Source: Lama glama (lineage: Eukaryota). Taken from it: a stretch of DNA of 64,000 nt. Positions 54,021-64,000 of the stretch are shown piece by piece. The notes beneath the pieces are model-generated. The model saw only the letters and a program-made list of their open reading frames with translations, searched no databases and was not told the origin of the DNA. The DNA lies in contig CM052819.1 in the NCBI GenBank assembly GCA_028534125.1, forward strand, positions 85,436,001-85,500,000. The letters are read 5' to 3'. Numbering within the stretch: position 1 is the first letter of the stretch; every line of letters starts with the position of its first letter. The translations under genes and the position numbers were made by a program.

Positions 54021-55914
54021 CATTTTAAGAAGAGAATAAATGTCTAATATAAATAAAGTTAATATATATATATATTGTTTTATGCTTTCCCAAGCCCACT
54101 TAAGCTTAATGGAGTTTCAATAATATCTGATTGAATATATTCACATCTAGATGCAGCTAATAACACATCTTTGTCAGTTATTTACCCTGAGTGGGAGAAC
54201 AAAAACATAGCACCAGTGATTACATTGAATGATAAAAGAATATCAGACAACTCCACAGAAATTTAGGGAATTTTTTTAAGGAATTTATACACAAGATTTT
54301 AACCTATAAGCAAATATCTTACAAAAAGTTAAAAAAAATTTTTTTTGAAATTATAAATAAACTATTCTACCCACCAAGCTGCTGAGACATTTTACTTTCT
54401 GGTATTTTAAAATGAAAACAAAACACAAGAACGTGTCGATGAAGCAAGTGAAAAATCAGAAGGGTACAGACTTTTGCAAGTTTCATGAGCTAAAAATAAA
54501 ATGAAAAGTTTGAAGTCTTAGAAAGAAATCTGTAAGGGAACTAAAAGGCAGATATAACCACAGTAAGTTATGAAAAGCTAGGGGGAAAAAAATGAAGTGA
54601 CAATAAAGTGAAAATCCCTGATAAAGCCAAAAAATTTTGGACGACAGTCAAAAAAACTGGAAGGAAAAAAATAAACTTGATAACAAGGCAGAATTATGGA
54701 AATGCATCCCCTGGAAAAGTATAATAGAGTCATGAATTAGTGGAGGTGGATGGACAATGCTAGGTGAGTAAAGGCTGTTAACATAATTAAAAGGATGGGG
54801 GAACTCTGCAGCTGAAGATAAAAAGATTGAAGTATATTATGGTATAGTGAAGTGAATATCATTCTGAGTATATGCATCTATTTTTCAAGAGTTGAAAATG
54901 CAAAGTAAAAATTTGGTGTATAAAGTTCAAATTTTCCATTTGCCAACTAATTTATTAACTATTTTATAATAATTAGATTAAAGAGCCACCAGAACAGAGT
55001 AGACATTAAGACTGTCCACTTTGCAATAGCTGTACATAAATCTACATAACTTTTCAGGGTATAAGTAAAGTCAGAGCCTTGCAATATTTTAAGAAACAAC
55101 AAGAAACAATTTTTTTAAAGATTAGACTACATGTATTTATTTCTTTCAGATGCTTATCCTGAAATTCAGTTTGGAAGCTGGGTTTTAACTAAATTTGTCA
55201 TTATAAAATGAAATAAAACCAGCCACCAGTGGCACTGTTGTCACAGAGCATTTTTGTATAAAATTATTCATATGTAGAGCCTTCTTAGTAGGCTTAAGTT
55301 GATGATTTCTTCATTTTAAGGATGTTATTAGAGACTGATAAATTTCTCAAAAATAAAGTTTTTTCTAAAACTATGAGCATATGTATTATATAAATTATTG
55401 GTGATCACATTGATAGATGTGAATGACAGTTTTCACACAATTATCCATTCTTGCATAAAATCAACATTTTCTCAAAAAGATAAAATTTTTGTACATTTAT
55501 TATGTATGTCCTCAACCTTTCATTTCTGAGTTCTTCCATGTATATAAAATTCCCCCTTAATTTCAGGCACCTAGGAAAGCTCTGGGTTCTTTCCACCTTT
55601 CCCACTGTCACAGACTGGAAGTGATCAGGGAGCAGTTACTAAAGTTGCATTTGACTAATGAAATGTGTTTTAAATTAAATGTCCTTAAGATAATGTGCCT
55701 GGTAAGCCTATTACCTCCACTTTCTGAGTGAGGGTATTTGTTCACTGACCTTTGAAATCTCCAACCCTAGTCAGCTCTCTGAATTTGGTCCAGATGAGAA
55801 GGCTGAAGGCCTCTTCCAAGAGGCTCAAATAGTAAAAGTGTTTTCTCAGTCAGCAGATTCTTCCAGATTTTTTCCAGCACTCGTTTTCTAACAGGACCTC
55901 TCCTTCAAAATGCA

Positions 55915-56030
55915 CTGATTTTGAGTCCCAGCTCTAGAAACAGACTCCACGGGTTTGAATCTAAGCCTTGTTATGAGAAAACAACCTTGACTCCATTCTC
56001 ATTACCTTCATCTGTAAAATAAGGGTCCAT
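55915..56030 (+). mobile_element. MIR SINE fragment
   Basis: gctctagaaacagact..gggtttgaatct...ccttcatctgtaaaataagg. Confidence 0.65.
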
Positions 56031-56719
56031 GGAGAATGTACAGATAGGGGCCAGGTGGTCCATCTGTAATAACAGAAGGTAATCAGTACGGGTACAGATG
56101 TAGTAAAATAGATGCAAATGGTTTTAAGAGTTTATGAAAGTTCTCTTCTGCTTGATGCAGTGTTCTCAGGGAAGCAGGGACCAAAAAGAGAAGGATTTCT
56201 GGGGAAGCACTGATGGTGTAAGAGACAAGAGAAGATGCAAAACCATTCCCTAGGTGAATTAGAGAGTGAATGGATTGGGGCACACGTAGATGATTGATTG
56301 ACAGGTAGCTCTGAGGTTCTCAGTTATAAATTTAAATGAAAGAAGACAGCATGCTTATGGTTTACTCCATGCATCCAGTTTCTTGGGAATAAATGAAGAT
56401 TAGATGGAAATTTGGATCTAACTAGGATTGATTATTTTCCAAGTTGTTTCAACAAAGTGAAAGAGAAACCAGGAATTTGAAGATATATGCAAGGGAATGA
56501 TCGACTGACTGTGGAATTTAGGCAGGAAAAGAAGCGAGAGAGGACATCAAAGGAGTGAGGGTTAATGTTAATGCAGTAAGATAATAATCTGAAGGTCCCA
56601 GAGAGACTGAAAGATTGTCAAGTCAGTATTAAAGGAAATGATTAAAGGAGGAGCTCAGAGAATGGGATACATAAAATTCTGAGCATAGGAGTTACTGTTG
56701 TAAATGATGACAATGTCTC

Positions 56720-56895
56720 AGGCAGTCCGGGAAGTGTGGCCTCTGGACCTGCAGCAGCAGGATGACGTGGGAACTTGTTAGAATCGCATATTCTCAGGCA
56801 CCAGACTGACTCAGAAACTCCAAGGAAAGAGCCCAGAATTCCTATTTTAAACACAATCTCAGGGACACACATACAGTAATTAGAACCATGGGTCT
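56720..56895. mobile_element. MER5A hAT MITE
   Basis: aagtgtggcctctggacc.gcagca...tgggaacttgttagaatcgcatattctcaggcaccagactgactcagaaactc...gagcccag...ttttaaac. Confidence 0.85.
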
Positions 56896-56930
56896 AGGGA
56901 AGGACCTGGAGGGGAGAGTGAACAAGACAG

Positions 56931-57623
56931 TGTGATTATGATACCAGGATATAGTAAGATATATTTGGGTTTTGTCCCTAGCACAGAGATCCTAAAACCT
57001 TATAGTTTCCTGATAGGGATGAGGAAAGCAATTCAACTGTAGGTGAGTTTATTCTAAAAGTATACCTCTAATGAGGTAACTAGGGTGGTTCGGGGGCCCC
57101 TAGACAGCTTCAGGATGGGTGCTGGTCACCAGGAAGACTAAGGTATGATTAGAGGGTTAAAATTTTCACTGCTGCCCCCTGATCTCTGGAGAGGGAAGAG
57201 GGGCTAGAGATTAATTACCTTTGGCCAGTGATGTAATCAATCATGCCTATGCAATGAAAACTATAAAAGCTCCTAAACAATAGGGTTTGGAGAGCTTCTG
57301 GATTGGTGAACACACCAAGGTGGTGGCAGGGTAATACACCCAGACTGGGCATTACCAAACTTGTGGAGGGAGCTGTGGGAACCCCTGATTTATAGCCAGG
57401 GTGTCAGAAGGACAGAGGCTTTAAACTTGCCATTGGTATCTGAAATGCTGGGCAGTCCTGTGGGACTCTCCTTAATTTGCAGGATCTGACACTGGCTGTA
57501 GGTAAATAGTTTCAAAATAGAATTGAATTGTAGGACACCCAGTTGATGCCTGGAACATGTGGAATTAGCTGTTGTGAGGGAAAAACTCACATATCTGGAA
57601 TCAGAAGTGTTATGAGTAGAAAC
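56931..57623 (+). mobile_element. MER21 family ERV LTR (internally deleted)
   Basis: atatatttgggttttgtccc..gcacagagatcctaaaacc; ccctagacagcttcaggatgggtgctggtcaccagga; gagagcttctggattggtgaacaca; gaattgaattgtaggacacccagttg. Confidence 0.88.
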
Positions 57624-58429
57624 ATTGTCACTGGAATAGAGGAATTCAAGGAACTGAGAGGTCAGGATATGCAAAGGGTCATCTATGACAATACTGACAT
57701 ACACTAGAACTAAGACAGGAGTATGCAGGAGAGTTATACTGAGCCAGGGTCAAAAATTAATCTATGAGGGAGATATGACTGGTTGTATCAATTAGGATTC
57801 AGTGATTTTAAGATTTGGATTTTTAAAAATTTCTTAAAAGTTACTTCCATTTTGACTTTAAATTTTAAATTGAAAAATTGCTATTTTATCTAAGTCATCC
57901 TCATTCCAGATCTCTCCAGAAATGGAATCTGGAAGAGAATAGCAGAGAGCTTTGACAGAAAAATCTGCCCTTTTAATTCCCAAATGGAAGTATGGCCAGC
58001 TACACTGAACACACAGTTAGAAGACCTTTCATAATTTTGTTAGTTGTAGTATTTTTTTTTAAACATTGAGCAAGCTAAATTGTTAACCAGACTGCCTGGG
58101 GAATAGAGTCCTCTGTTTAATATATTTCTTACCACTTAGACAAGATTTTTATTGTTGAAAATTTTAATCTTATTTTGATAATTCACTTTTCAGAGCCTGA
58201 TATAAATGACTCATGTAATTCTCATTAAAACAGCTGTGCATATAATTTGGCACTCATGAGGGAGATTTTTGGTCAAGTATTCATAGCAATCTTGTCACTA
58301 AACATATGTCCTAGCTACCCATGTCACTACTTTTAAATCTAGTCTTGAGGTCTTGCTATCTATTTTATCTTTAAAGATAATTCATTTTTCTGATTTAAAA
58401 ACTTGGTTCTCTGCTTGCAGAAGAGTCTA

Positions 58430-58670
58430 GTCTTTCTCTTCTCTGTTCAGTATGGAGATAGGAGTCCAGGAAATCATGTGACTTTTAGAATCCTACAAGC
58501 CTGAGTTCCACAAACCTGAGTTTCTTCCTCTTTTGAGCTATGAAGTCTATTCCTAGTTAGTAAACCTTTCAAAGCATGAAAACAATAACACTAAATGGAA
58601 AGTGAGTGTGATAATTAAAAAAATAGTTTATCAATACAATTTTTGGAACATATGTCAGTCTTTATAAATG
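58430..58670 (+). mobile_element. MIR SINE (decayed)
   Basis: cctgagtttcttcc...ctatga...aaaccttt...gtgtgataattaaa...taaatgttag. Confidence 0.45.
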
Positions 58671-58704
58671 TTAGATCTCTTCCTTTATATTTCAACATCT
58701 AATG

Positions 58705-59546
58705 GCTCTGCAGCCAGTCCCAGTGAGTATTTTCCACACCCCAACCATTTCTCTGACACCAGCTAGGCTTCCTACAGTTCAGGTCAAATCTGGCATTATC
58801 TACTCAGAGATAGCATCAGATCCCAGAGGCTAAGGGCTCAGTCCCACAAAACTGACCCCTAACCTCAGATGCCAATCCAAAGTCCACACTGTCACCCATG
58901 TTCCTGACCAATGGCTATAAATCAAATGTTCCCATGACCCCCTCCTTGGTTTTGATTAATGTGCCAGAAAAGCTCACATAACCAGGAAACCATTTTGCTC
59001 ACTAGGTTATGGGTTTATTACAAAGAATATTATAGGATATTTATCAACAGCCAGATGAAGAGATGCAGAGGGTAAGGTACAGGGAAAAGCTCAGAGCTTC
59101 TGTTCTGAGTGCACTACTCCCCAAGTCTCCATGCACTCACCAATCCAGCAGCTCTCAACCCTCCCTTTATTGGATTTTTATACGGCTTCACTGCATAGGC
59201 ATTCTGATGGCCACGAGTGATTGGATCAACCTCTTAGAAATCAGGGGATGGGACTGAAAATTCCAATCCTCTGTTTCTGATTTGTTCCTCTGGCATCACA
59301 ACCATCTTTAAGGGATTTCCAAAGTTGCTTCATTAACATAAACTCAGGTATGGAGGAAAAGCTCTTGTTATGAATAAGAAGATACTATTTTCACCTTTAT
59401 AGGTCTGAAGCAATATCAGGAGCTGAGGACAAGAGACCAAATATAAAAGATGCTCTTATTGTTCAGGAATTTCAAGGGTTTGGGGAACTCTGAGCCAGGA
59501 ACTATGGACAAAGACCAAAATATATATTATAAATCACAATACCACA
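58705..59546 (-). mobile_element. MER21C-like ERV LTR, near full length
   Basis: gacaccagct...agatagcatcagatcccagaggctaagggctcagtcccacaa; cagccagatgaagagatgcagaggg; ends gaccaaaatatatattataaatcacaataccaca, the reverse complement of the MER21 start. Confidence 0.9.
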
Positions 59547-62500
59547 ATAACTAAACAGAAGCTGGCTGGCAATTGCAAGACACAGTATGAAAATAAAAGA
59601 AAAGTTTGTTGATTGACCTTCAATCGTTGAGACCTTACCTTATACGAAGTAAAATTAACAAACATTTTCTCCTCACATCCACACAAACTCTAAGGAGACA
59701 GAGAGGCAGCGTTCTCACCAGAATGGAGACAGTATTCTGTGTACTCGTCAGGAGAAGATTATGAGAGAAGAATGATTTTATTATCAGGTGCTCTCCTTTT
59801 ACTGGCAGTAACAACCAAAGAACTTAAGGGCATATGAAATAGAACTTAAATGGATGTAAGTGCTGGGAAATTTTAATAAGGGAGTTTTATTTCTTCTATG
59901 GTAAATCTGAGAACAAATAAAATTGCTTTGATAATTCATTCAGTATGTTCTTTCCAAGTGAAACTATTTATATTCTCAACTTTATGCTATGCTTTTGCAT
60001 TAATAATTATACTGTATCTCATTTGTGAACACATGAAAACTAGCTATATAACAAGGGAAATGTAATTTAGAGACATCTTCAAAGAGGGCTGCATAATTTA
60101 ACAAAGGGTTATGAATTCCTGTCCCTACTATAGAAGTATATATAACCCTGAATATGACTGAAAGTAAGTCATCCCCTTAAGGAACTTGACTGTTTCTATT
60201 TGCATACAAACTGCAGTCCTGTTGTACTGATTGAAAAGAACTCACTTAAAAGTGAGAATAAAGATGTAGCTATTAACACCTTGTTTTGTGGACTGCACCT
60301 GCAAAATTAAACCTTTCTTCTAGGGACAAATTGAAGTTAGCTGTGTGTATGGAGTGTAAATTGTACATGTCTATATTTTACTCTAATTATTTAAAGAGAA
60401 ATGTGTAATTTGCACTTCAAAATCCTATCACAAATTAGCTGTGTCCTAAGCAGTTATTTAAAAGCATGAAAATGATTATCATTAATTATCAAATAGGCCC
60501 TTGGCTCATTATAATGGGATGTTCCTATGATCCAAAGTTGAAAGATAAAGACAGATCTAGGATCTTCAATCCCTGGAAAATTGGCAGTTCTAATTAGGGC
60601 AATATTCACAGAATACTGTTTCTACTCACTTATTGTCATTCCTAACGCACTTTATGTTAGCCACACAAGTGTTTCTGACTAGTAAGAATATCTATTACAG
60701 TCATGTACAGTCACTCATAAATAAATTAAACATGTAGACTGAAAAAACTTTCAAGGGTCATAAAAATAAATGTTATATCAAGCATTTCTTGATCTAGTGA
60801 TCTAACTGAGTGTTATTTTTCCTGACAATAAAAAACATGCATAGCTTGGATAGCTAGGAAAAGAAATTCAAAAATATGATTATTTTATAAAAGAGCATAA
60901 AAGAGCATAAAACCTCTGCATTTAAAACTGTCTTTGAAAAAAAGGAATCAAAATAGACAAGTGGGCAGCAGGATATGGGTACTATGTTAGATCACCCTAA
61001 TAACCTAGTACCAAAAGGATCTTCAGTACTAAAAAGTCTAATTAGCCACTTGCCCCAAAAGCCATCATTCTGCCAACAAGCTTTACTCACAAAGGCTGGC
61101 AGTAGAGACAGGGACTGATGTGGAATCCCATGTATATTTAAAACAGGTTTTCCAATTATCCCTTAAAGCCAACTTGGAAGACACTATTTAGAGACTGAAA
61201 GATTAGTCTTTCTTCTAGAGAAGCTTCCATTGGGACAGGCAGTTCTAAGGCCACCCTAAAGACTTATTTTACTATTTTGAGTTTTAAGGTAGTTCACCTT
61301 ATATCTCTTAGAAATAATACACATTCTTCAGAGAGCAGAAATTATCCAACTGTCCTTGAACTGTTCTAGATTTTACACTAATACAGTCAAAAGCCAAGAC
61401 CTCTACCATTATGGATGAACACATACCAAATGAGCCCTTGTTCTGACCCCCCAAATCTGGGATACCTCCTGGTACCTGGAGAAATGGTCCATGGTTAGGG
61501 ATATGTATTCAAGTTACCAAGTTACTGGCACTTTCTGGTAAACTACAGATAATGGCATGTGCCTTCTCACTACCTAAAATCACTTTATAAAACACTGTTA
61601 CATGAAAAATCACCAAGGTTGGGTGACTATTTTAATGACAAACTATTATACTGAAAAAGAAATGTATTCATTATGAACACCTGAAAAAAATACACAACTT
61701 CTCACTATATGACTCTGGTTTTAAACACAATTCTTTAATAATTATTTCTCTTTTATTTTCAAAAAGCTATAGAAGGGCTCTGAGAAATCAACTAGATAAT
61801 TTGATAAATAGAGAAATAAATTTAAGCATGCTGAGTTAAGTTAGTGATGCAAATAGTAGATGGTAACTCACAAGTTTTTAAAGTCATGTAAACTGAAAGG
61901 AAAGGGAACACTTTCCTGGAAACGTTAAAACGCTTGAAAATTACCTGGACTGTTTTAAAACCTAAACAGTATAGCTGTAATTTTAAAAGATAGCTTTATA
62001 TAACATATGGAATTTATACTTACACTAAGTAAGGGATGTAAGTATAAGTAAGGGATGTTTTACTTGTTATTGAAGGATAATAAACTCCCACCAGAACTGA
62101 TTTGCATGAATGCCTGTTAAAATATCACTGACACAGAATTTAATTTTTCAGCCCCAGATGCGTCAAAGACAAGAGAAAACTTTCAAAGGAATTTGGCTAC
62201 TAACTTCCTTCTCCCAAAGGTCTTTGAGTCAAGACAGCTTCAGTCATTACTTATCCTCAAGCCTCATGTTCCAAACTACATTCTGTTGCAGCTTTAGGTT
62301 AACCAGACAAATTTAAGAACAAAGATTTAGGTAGGTGTTATGGTGAGGGAGGTCCATCCAAAAGCGGGTTGGCCGTGGCAGGGGTAGGGAGTGAGCCGAA
62401 TGACAGGAAGGTTACAGAAACAAGGAAGCAGGTCAGCAGCAGAGTCCCAGTTATAAATTAGAGCCCAGCTATTTAACACAGGACCCCTATTTTCCCTCAG

Positions 62501-63299
62501 TTAGCAGTTAGGGTTTTAATGTCCTGGGAGGCAGACAGAGTGCCCTTCATTTTTTTTTTTTCATTTACTTCCCTGCATGTTTAGGACTTTGAACTTAGAT
62601 ACTATTTGTTGAATAAATGAATAATTAATAATGACTAAAACCTGTCCACAGGTCATGTGTAGTACTGAGGAGAGACTTCAGCTATTAAGGTATCTATTAA
62701 AAGCCATACTGTCTAAAAAGCCTCTAGTTAATTATTGATATATATTGCTGAAAATTTCACCCTCACAAGTTTGAGAAAGCAGTGAGGTTCTCAGGTCCCT
62801 TGGTTCCTCTGCCTGTGCCTTCCACAGCCCCTGGTCCACAAAGGCACCCTTCCGTGGCTCGCACTTCATTTGCACTCCTGCTAGAACCTCTTTCCATTCT
62901 CTACTGGAACACCTTCTCTTCTACCCAACATTCACTGCCAGTGGGGGCCAGCAGCAAAAAAAAGCACCTTCTAGATAACAAAGGGGAAAAAAGGCAACTC
63001 TTGGGCCAGAATAACTATCTCTTTTGCTCAAAAATATATTTCCACTGGATCTCAATACCGTTTTCCGTAAAGCCCATGCCCCAAACTGGCCCAGAGTTAG
63101 AGGAATACAGTGAGAAACTGTTTACCCAAAAGTTCCCTAACCTAACTACCAAAATGAAAAAAATTAAATGCTCAACTCACCATTCTATGTTTTTCCATCT
63201 CAGGGTGACTTCTGGTGTTGGAAGCTTGACTTATAACAACCCATAGTTCAAAATTGTCGGTCATTTTGCCCCAAGCTGCTTCTCTCCCTGTTGAGTTAC

Positions 63300-64000
63300 A
63301 CCTCCAGGCAACGGCTCAGCGGGTTGGCTTAAACCCCAGTTTACCAATCGTGCATCTCCACTGAACCCTCATCACAGGCAACGCCAATTACAACCAAATC
63401 AAGAACACGCCAGAAGCTGGAGTTCTCGACTTTCTCAACTACCTAGTTTTCTGCCATAGCGATGGCTACAAATAGGAATTTGGCACCTGGAAAAGCTAAT
63501 ATGTAGGCAATGCCCAAAAGAGAAAAAACAGGGTTTTTTTTCAGTTTCAAATACATGATATCATCAGGGCCACACATCTGGGACAAAACCATGCTTATAA
63601 TAAAGACACTAAAAATACTTGAAGACAACAGTGGTGACTAATTTTACACAGAATTTATTTTTTAACACATTGCTTCCCTTGTGAAACCATGGGTTAAATC
63701 CATTTCACCTACCTCCTCCAATCAAGGCCGTTTTAAGACTTGCATGTCCGTTAAGCCGCAGGTAGCTCAAACAATAAGATGTTTTGCTTGAATCATTTTC
63801 CAGAAACCTGGAGTCAGTTGCAGCTAGTTGGAGCCGAGCTGGTTAAGACCAGACAGGACCACGGGCCCTTCAGGTGCGCATGCGCCCTGACCTTTCTCCT
63901 CAGCGGGCCGAAGACTCCGCCCTCCAACCTAAGAGGCCAGTGGCCTAGTTAAGCCTGCGCAGAACCATTACCGCAGGGATTCCCGCACCTTTTTCCAATC
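63300..64000. promoter_or_regulatory. Edge of a CpG-rich housekeeping-type promoter (gene probably continues beyond the window)
   Basis: CpG density rises toward the end. NRF1 site TGCGCATGCGC at 63875-63885, GC box CCGCCC at 63917-63922, CCAAT at 63995-63999. Confidence 0.75.
63875..63885. promoter_or_regulatory. NRF1 binding motif
   Basis: TGCGCATGCGC, containing the perfect palindrome GCGCATGCGC. Confidence 0.8.

Larger units (their letters stand above)
56050..57800 (-). mobile_element. Decayed L2 hosting MER5A and MER21 insertions
   Basis: Purine-rich antisense L2-like sequence on both sides of the nested elements. Confidence 0.45.

Noticed and set aside
62782-63246. 154-aa ORF upstream of the right promoter
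   Set aside because: Non-ATG (GTG) start, includes A-run-encoded lysines, and no recognisable homology.
18287-64000. Naming the gene pair from the ~45-kb divergent spacing (e.g. ANK3/CDK1, WIF1/LEMD3, PCYT1B/POLA1, GPM6A/WDR17, TAFA2/USP15)
   Set aside because: The first three have coding first exons whose peptides are absent here. I cannot verify the others from sequence, so no symbol is given.
1-64000. CRISPR arrays, operons, rRNA/tRNA genes or any prokaryote-like system
   Set aside because: The sequence is mammalian intronic and intergenic DNA. I saw no regularly spaced repeats or structural RNA genes.

Overview
AT-rich mammalian genomic DNA, probably camelid: the young L1 3' UTR at 2460-2810 resembles the Camelus/Vicugna type, and I saw no Bov-tA, PRE-1 or Can-SINE elements. 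There is one 167-bp N gap. I found no convincing protein-coding exon; the only recognisable ORF-track peptides are L1 ORF2 remnants. The window has two promoters about 45 kb apart. (1) A small CpG-rich promoter with an ATG-free first exon on the minus strand (~18287-18640). It has a perfect CAG|GTGAGT donor and a near-consensus RE1/NRSE (REST) site, which points to a neuron- or neuroendocrine-restricted gene whose long first intron covers 1-18286. That intron holds a probable MER121 ultra-ancient conserved repeat and a cluster of octamer motifs. (2) The edge of a housekeeping-type CpG promoter (NRF1, GC box, CCAAT) at the right end. The rest is ordinary interspersed repeats (L1, L2, L3, MIR, MLT1/MLT2, LTR16, LTR33, MER21, MER5, MER63) plus a 5'-fragment U2 snRNA pseudogene. 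I could not identify either gene from sequence alone, and I see no evidence of a previously undescribed biological system. Repeat family names come from recalled consensus sequences, and boundaries are approximate.
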